A DNA stretch of 64,000 nucleotides from Chrysemys picta bellii. Its lineage: Eukaryota. The notes under the pieces were generated by a model that ran no database searches, was not told the DNA's origin, and was given only the letters and a program-made list of their open reading frames with translations. The position numbers and the translations under genes are program-made. This document shows positions 57,601 through 64,000 of this stretch, one piece after another. How positions within the stretch are numbered: position 1 is the stretch's first letter; each line of letters begins with the position of its first letter. The DNA is taken from the NCBI RefSeq assembly GCF_011386835.1, contig NC_088802.1:8680001-8744000 (forward strand), read 5' to 3'.

Positions 57601-60600
57601 GGGGAGAGCCTGCCCCCTGCAGCACGGCACCCCCAGAGCCATCTCCCATCCACGCATTGAGCGGAGCAAACCCTGCTTAGCTTCCTGCACACTTGCCCAG
57701 CCCTAGGGCACGTGCTGCAGAGTCATTGGTTGGCCTCTCTTTGACCCTTTTGCCCTCCCCAGTGGACCTGAGCAGCTGGAAGGAGAAGATCGAGCGGGAC
57801 GCGGCCAGCGCCCACCTGCCCGCCGAGGACTCGGATGAGGAGGACGACGACGACGAAGGGGCGGCTGTGGTGGTGGAACACCAGACTGACGTGGCCATGG
57901 ATGTCGGGGTTCCTTCCCAGGAGCTCTATAAGGACGGCGTTCTGACCGTGGGCTGTGTGGGTGAGCGCATCCTGCACTGGAGGGGGGAAAGGGGGTCATT
58001 CTCCTGATCTGCTGTTTGGGGCCCCTTTGGACTGCGAGGATTAGGGGGCAGTAGCTGGAGTGGCTGGATAATGGGTGCAGGGGAAGGGGTGTCTGGGTGG
58101 AGGACGAGGTATCTCCATGGGGTTTTTGAGGGGACATCTGAGGGGGACAGTGTCCGGGCAGGTGGGAAAATGGGGGGTGGTTGCTGTGGAAGGGGGTTCG
58201 AGGAAAGGGGTGGTGCAGGATGTGGAGGGGGGTGGTTGGTTGGGGGGGCAGTGAATGAAGGGGAGACACGGTGTCTTGCGGGTGGGTGGGGAGAAGGGGG
58301 CGTGCAGAGGGGGTGACTGGTGGTTTGGGGACAAAAGGGGGGTTGGGGGGCTGGATCGGACTTGGGGAGGACCTTGGGGGGGTGGCTTTTTCTGGGTGGG
58401 TGTTTGGGGGGCTCTGTCCACATTGTGACCCCGTCCCTTCCCCCAGGGTTCCCCAACGTGGGCAAATCGTCGCTGATGAACGGGCTGGTGGGGCACAAGG
58501 TGGTGAGTGTGTCCCGGACGCCCGGCCACACCAAGTACTTCCAGACCTACTTCCTGACCCCCACCGTGCGCCTCTGCGACTGCCCCGGCCTCATCTTCCC
58601 CTCCCTGGTGCACAGGGAGCTACAGGTACTGCCCCACAGCTGGCTTGGGGTGTGTGTGTGGAGAGTTTAGTGGTTAGAGTGGGGGGGGTCTGGGAGTCAG
58701 GACTCCAGGATTCTACCCCAGCTCTGGGAGGGGAGTGGGATCTCGTGGTTAGAGGAGAGGGGCTGAGAGCCAGGACTCCTGGGTTCTGTTCTCTTCCCCT
58801 CGCCATACATTAATTTCCCCCCATGTAATATTGGGATAACTTATGCCAAATCCCTGGTCATGGCGGCAGTGAGACATCTTCCCCCTGCTGGCGGATGCTG
58901 GCATTACACCCACGCTGTTTCCTGTCTCTCCTTGCAGATCCTGTCTGGCATCTACCCCATCTCCCAGATCCAGGAGCCCTACAACGCCGTGGGATACCTG
59001 GCTGGCCGCATCCCCATCCAAGCCCTGCTCAAGCTGCGCCACCCCAATGCCGAGGAGGGCAAGCCCGAGACCCGGTGGTGCGCCTGGGACATCTGTGAAG
59101 GTGAATGGGGTCTGAGCGCTAGAGGGGCATCATGCTGCAGGGAGTGGCACAGCAGCTGAATAAGGTGCACTCTCCCCTGGCAGTCAGTGTGACACTAGGG
59201 GGCGCTGTGCTGCAGGGTGTGGGACGGGGGCTCAGTAGGGGGCGCTCTCCCGTGGCAGTCAGTGTTGGCCCCAGTGCGACACTAGGGGGCGCTGTGCTGC
59301 AGGGAGCAGGATGGGGGCTCAGTAGGGGCGCTCTCCCCGGCAGTCAGTGTTGGCCCCAGTGCGGCACTAGGGGGCGCTGTGCTGCAGGTAGCAGGATGGG
59401 GGCTCAGTAGGGGGCGCTCTCCCGTGGCAGTCAGTGTTGGCCCCAGTGCAGCACTAGGGGGTGCTGTGCTGCAGGGAGCGGGACAGCAGCTCAATAAGGT
59501 GCACTCTCCCCTGGCTGTCAGTGCGGTACTAGGGGGCGCTGTGCTGCAGGGAGCAGGATGGGGGCTCAGTAGGGGTGCTCTCCCCGGCAGTCAGTGTTGG
59601 CCCCAGTGCAGCACTAGGGGGCGCTGTGCTGCAGGTAGCAGGATGGGGGCTCAGTAGGGGCGCTCTCCCCGGCAGTCAGTGTTGGCCCCAGGGCGGCACT
59701 AGGGGGTGCTGTGCTGCAGGGAGCAGGATGGGGGCTCAGTAGGGGCGCTCTCCCCGGCAGTCAGTGTTGGCCCCAGTGCAGCACTAGGGGGCGCTGTGCT
59801 GCAGGGAGCAGGATGGGGGCTCAGTAGGGAGGCGCTCTCCCCTGGCAGTCAGTGCTGGCCCCAGTGCGGCACTAGGGGGTGCTGTGGTCCATGCTGACCC
59901 CATCTCGCCCTCTTTCCCCAGCCTGGGCCGAGAAGCGCGGTTATAAGACGGCCAAAGCGGCTCGTAACGACGTGTACCGAGCTGCCAACAGCATCCTGCG
60001 GCTGGCGGTGGACGGGCGCCTCTGCCTCTGTCTGCGGCCTCCCGGCTACTCCACTCAGAAAGGTACTGGGATGGGGAGGGGACTGCCCTCCCAGGGCATT
60101 GTGGGTATTTACCCAGCATCCCTCTGGGAGTCTGGGCAGGAGGACCAGATCCTACCAATCCAATGGAAGGTTGCCTATAATGGCCACGGGAGGGTGAGTA
60201 GCCAATGGCAAGTCGTGTTGGGCTAGTGATATTTCTACCCCGCTTGCCCCCCTCAGGGAAAGGCAGGAATGGCTGGGAATTCACCCCAGTGACTCGGCAC
60301 CATCCTCTATGACAGAATTTTAACCTCAGCCCCTGAGCGAAAGGCTGATGAGTTTTTAAGGCTCGTTTATCCCGATATCCAACCTATTCAGAATTCTAAA
60401 ATCCTTCCCTCGCCACCTCGGCCATTATTGATGCTGTTGATATTTAGAGCAAGATCCAACGGCTGGAAGTTGACGCCAGACGGATTCAGGGTGGAAAGAC
60501 ATATGTTTTGAACAGTGAGGGGCATTGGGGCAATTTACCAAGGGCCGTGGTGGGTCACGGGCAGCTTTTAAATCAACATTGGATGTTTTCAAAGGGCTGC

Positions 60601-61596
60601 TCTGGTTCACACGCTTAAACCAGGGCCTGTGTTATGCAGGAGGTCGGGCGAGAGGATGTTGGCCTGGGAATTCGTTAATGAAGTTAGCGAGCAATGATTT
60701 TCCCCAAGGAGTAGTTTAGGAACAGTTCATAAACTCACTGATGGGCCATGTGCTGAAGACAGTTACATCAATAGTTACTCATTGCTAACGAGTCTCCGCT
60801 CCTTTGAATTCAAAATAAGTTTACGAATGATAATCAGTAGTAGTTAACAGTGACTGCTTTCTTCGTTCTCGCCACAGAAGCGTGCTGTATAAATATGTTA
60901 CCGTTCATGTACTCGTGTGTTATGGTGAGCGTGTGTGTGCACTTATAGAAAATCTAAGAGATGAGTGAAAATCAGAATTACCATTAGGCAGGAGATTCTG
61001 ATATTTTGCCTTTTTTTCTTTTTATATTGAATCAGGTTGAAAAATCAAAAAAATTTTGCAGATGGTTTTGGGGTCTAGTGGTTACAGCAGAGGGTCTGGG
61101 TGTCAGGACTCCTGGGTTCTATCCCCAGCTGTGGGAGGGGAGTGGGGGTCTCATGGGTTGGAGTGGGGGGGCTGGGAGTCAGGATTCCCTGGGTTCTAGT
61201 CCTGGCTCTGGGAGGAGAGTGGGGTCTAGTGGTTTGAGCATGGTGGTTTACCCTCGCAGCCCACCCCTGACCATCCGTCTGTCCCCCTCAGCTATGTGGG
61301 AGCACCATCCCGAGACAGCAGAGATCGCCGCCCTGCAGGAGGCTCACCGCAAGCACAGCCGGCGCAGTTCAGAGGAAGAGGAGGAGGAAGAAGAGGAGAT
61401 ATCCAGCTCTGGGGAGGAGGAGGATGAGGAGAAGGACCGTGATGCCGATGAGGAAGAGGAGGAGGAGGAGGAAGAACCAGCTGCCTCCAGTGGAGGAGGG
61501 AGCAGCGCCCCAGCCCAGGCCCCACCCAGGAGGGTGCTGAAGGGGAAACTCTCAAGCCAGAACTTGTTTGCTTTGCTGGGGGAGGACGAATGTTAG
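51621..61596 (+). CDS. GNL1: Guanine nucleotide-binding protein-like 1 (circularly permuted GTPase), about 627 aa
   Basis: Exons 51621-51693, 53786-53954, 55050-55186, 55543-55694, 55916-55987, 56738-56936, 57405-57500, 57763-57960, 58447-58625, 58938-59100, 59922-60062, 61292-61596 (sum 1884 nt). Starts MPRKRPFSAKQKKKQLQDKRERKRG. G4 NKID precedes G1 GFPNVGKS and G3 DCPG. Ends FALLGEDEC. Confidence 0.97.
51715..52145. repeat. AACATCTGGGCACCGACCCC minisatellite at the start of GNL1 intron 1
   Basis: About 10 copies with variable C-rich linkers. Confidence 0.9.
54868..54928 (+). mobile_element. 5S rRNA-derived SINE head (AmnSINE-like)
   Basis: TCTCATCAGATCTGAAGTTAAGCAGGGTC...GGGAGACC resembles the 5S internal control region but is degenerate and incomplete. 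Confidence 0.5.
56940..57210 (+). repeat. Roughly 80-nt tandem repeat resembling a GC-enriched LF-SINE tRNA head
   Basis: GGGGACTGGCTGGCTCAGGG..GGGATATGGGGCC..CTAGGGGGTGCCAGGTCTGATCCAGCCCCAGGG, three copies. Related copies at 55695-55890, 24575-24645 and, inverted, 54662-54822 and 52610-52660. Confidence 0.75.
59130..59885 (+). repeat. Roughly 85-nt tandem repeat, 9 copies, AmnSINE1-fragment-like
   Basis: CTAGGGGG anchors at 59195, 59282, 59367, 59454, 59529, 59614, 59699, 59784 and 59872. Confidence 0.95.
60450..60690 (+). mobile_element. CR1/L3 LINE 3' end fragment
   Basis: AGATCCAACGGCTGGAAGTTG (RSNGWKL)...GCAATTTACCAAGGG...TTTAAATCAACATTGGATGTTTT is similar to the CR1 ORF2 C-terminus with frameshifts. 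Confidence 0.6.
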
Positions 61597-61757
61597 TGGC
61601 TCCCCCTGTTGGACAGATTGAGAAAAGGGGGGGAGGAGGGCCTGGCTACAGGCTCCACCCCCTGCCCCTGTTACAGGCTCCGCCCCCTGCCCTGGCTGAG
61701 CTCCGCCCCCCCCCCATTCTCCATGTTCATTCCAATGCTCTATAGCCTCTGTATATG

Positions 61758-61763
61758 AATAAA
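61758..61763 (+). terminator. GNL1 polyadenylation signal
   Basis: AATAAA 160 nt after the stop codon, followed by GTGATGTTT. Confidence 0.75.
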
Positions 61764-62364
61764 GGTGATGTTTATTTCCAGACCCCGCCTCCGTCATTGG
61801 CCGGGACACTGGTCTCCCTCCCCAGCCATTGGTCCATCTATCCTGGGATCTCCACCGCCCGGCTGCATCACACCAGTGGGCTCATCTAGCCTAGTATCCC
61901 GCCCCTTCAGATAAGATCCATGGGTCCATGTAGTTCAATATCCCAGCCTGGTCCTTGCTGCCCTGGCTCAGAGCAGTGGTCTCTGCTCGGGCCTGTTCAT
62001 TTTGGATCATTTCTATCCATCAAAAAGGCTTCTTCCTTTTAGTCTTCAAACCTTGGTTTTGCTGCAGAAGCATCCTGCTCCCCATTTGCCTGTGGAACTC
62101 CCTACCACAGTATTCTCGCCCATACTGCTCATGGAAGTAGAGAGCAAAGGATAACTCGGTCTTACAGCCCATGCGTTGGATCCCTTCAGCTGTTTATTTT
62201 TCCAGGAGTTTCTTCCGCTCGCCTCAGGGCATCCTCCCAGTCTGCCGTGGGGCAACTGTTGAACTTCAGTCTGCTTGTTGTGTTTATTGTGCGGCTTTGA
62301 CACATCCAGCAAATCACCAAGAGGGCTTAGTATTAGATGTATTAGGGCAACACGTAGAGGCCAC

Positions 62365-62510
62365 AGCTGAGATGAGGGCCCCGTTGTGCCAGGTGCTGCA
62401 CAGACACACACGGAGAGACAGTCCCTGCCCCAGCTGAGATCAGGGCCCCGTTGCGCCAGGCGCTGCACAGACACACGGAGAGACAGGCCCTGCACCAGCT
62501 GAGATCAGAA
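62365..62510 (+). repeat. Roughly 65-nt tandem repeat, L2-3'-end-like
   Basis: CAGCTGAGATCAGGGCCCCGTTGCGCCAGGCGCTGCACAGACACACGGAGAGACAGTCCCTG, two copies plus a partial third. A related pair lies at 47625-47745. Confidence 0.8.
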
Positions 62511-62864
62511 AAACTTTACAAAGAAAAAAAGTCTGTTAAATCTCCACTGCACTGTAAACTAAGGGGAACCTGCACCGCCCCAGGCTCATTCTCGGATCTG
62601 ATGGAACAGACAGGAGTGAGGTGAAGACAGCAAACTGGGGGAAATGCACCGTGAAGCAGAGAGCCACTCCCACGTGCAAGCAAATGCTGGCTTTGCTGAA
62701 ATATCTGCTCCCGAGGTGGAAGCGAGGACCGATCGCTGGGGCTCTGTTTGGGCAGCATTGAAACCCCTTTCCCCTCGGGCAAACTGGTCACCTGGGACTC
62801 ACCACCCCTGCCCCTTGTCTTGTTAGAAATACTCTTTTGTGAGTGCCCTGACAGCAGCCCAAAG

Positions 62865-63035
62865 CAGGGGCGCCGGAATTACTGGCCTTAAGTGCGAGCG
62901 ACTGGCGGGGTGGGCCTCAGGGCGAAGAGGCAGCATCAGGGTGGGGCCTCAGGGGGATGGGATGGCATGAGGGGGTGGGGCCATGGTTCAGGTGCCCATG
63001 GCCTCCCCACTTTTAGGGACCTTCCGTCGCCCCTG
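62865..63035. mobile_element. hAT-type MITE
   Basis: TIRs CAGGGGCG / CGCCCCTG. Flanks GCCCAAAG / GCCCAATG match 7 of 8. Confidence 0.65.
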
Positions 63036-63705
63036 GCCCAATGGCCGCATCCAAAGCGCTCATAAATTTGCATCAGTTTTTTTTTTTTTTAAATCAGCAA
63101 GTCAATGCAGCTGCCCGTGATCTTCGCCGGTGCTTGTATCTTCCCCGCCAGTTCTGAGATGCAGCCACCTCTGGGGTGGGGCAGCTGGGGAAACAGTTGC
63201 ATGATGACGCTGCATAGGCATCACTCATCCAGCACTGAGATGCAGCCACTTCTGCGGTGGAAAGCAGCAGCTATTTAACTACCACAATTTAGGACAAGAA
63301 GGGATGGGGGAATCCTCCTAAATCCAATGACAACCACAGGATGAATTCCAGGGATGGCAATACATATTTGCCTCAGCTGGGATCGAGCCAATACAATGCA
63401 GTTAATCCAGCCTTGCAAAAAAAAAAAGGAACCAGCCATATACAGTATTATCTGAAATTAAGCAAAGTAAAAGTGCCCCCTACTGAGCCCTTGCCCCACT
63501 CCCTGCAACACAGCGCCCCCTTGGGGTCAGCGCTGGCTGCCCGAGCAGAGCGCCCCCTGCTGGAGGGAGGGGGAATGGCCAGCAGAGGGCCAGGGCTGTG
63601 CTGAGTCTCGGCTGGGGAGCAGGGGGGACCCGAGGGAGCAGGTGCAGGAGGAAGGGGTGCCCCCCCCCCGCCCCATGGTGTGCGGCAGAGCCAGGCAGGC
63701 TGGGG

Positions 63706-63720
63706 AACTACATTTCCCAG
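63706..63720 (+). promoter_or_regulatory. ZNF143/THAP11-type ACTACA-TCCCA motif
   Basis: AACTACATTTCCCAG in a CpG-containing stretch near the window end. Confidence 0.55.
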
Positions 63721-64000
63721 AGGCCTTTGCTACTGCTGCAGCTACGGTACGTCGGCTGGGCTGGGCAGGAAGAGGCTGCCGCTGCTGGTGCCTCCATGTG
63801 ACAGGTCCGGGGCAAACGGGGGAGGGGGGAAACAAAAGGGGCTGGCGGGGTACTGCTGTGAAGGGGATCTAGGGGGGCTGGAGGAAGAAGGCTGGGGGGC
63901 TGTGAGAGGAAGGGGATCTGGGGAGGGGGCTGGCAGGGGAAGCGATAAGGGGCTGGGGAAGGAGCTGGGATGGGGGTTTCACGAGGAGGTGGGGGATGTT

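Noticed and set aside
41-61596. U12-type or non-canonical introns
   Set aside because: All modelled introns are GT-AG and none has a GTATCCTT or ATATCCTT donor.

Overview
Vertebrate genomic DNA, most likely a turtle, judged from its repeat families. It corresponds to the framework-gene block of the MHC class I region. Four genes were built by hand from GT-AG boundaries with consistent reading phase: MRPS18B (minus, 6 exons, last exon outside the window), PPP1R10/PNUTS (plus, 18 coding exons, about 870 aa), ABCF1 (minus, 28 coding exons, about 913 aa) and GNL1 (plus, 12 exons, about 627 aa). MRPS18B/PPP1R10 and ABCF1/GNL1 are both head-to-head pairs. PRR3, which lies between ABCF1 and GNL1 in mammals, is absent. 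The long 5' introns of PPP1R10 are AT-rich. The rest is GC-rich and full of short tandem and dispersed repeats that look like re-amplified fragments of ancient SINEs and LINEs. Main leads: (1) the PRR3-less arrangement suggests PRR3 is a later ABCF1-exon-1/PNUTS-3'-end chimera; (2) the frameshifting internal acceptor 61 nt into PPP1R10 exon 12 matches the recalled human lncRNA-PNUTS switch; (3) ABCF1 has three extra in-frame N-terminal exons; (4) a SINE-derived array of CTCF-like motifs; (5) a Penelope-type minimal hammerhead motif. Orthologue sequences and repeat consensus sequences were recalled from memory, not searched.
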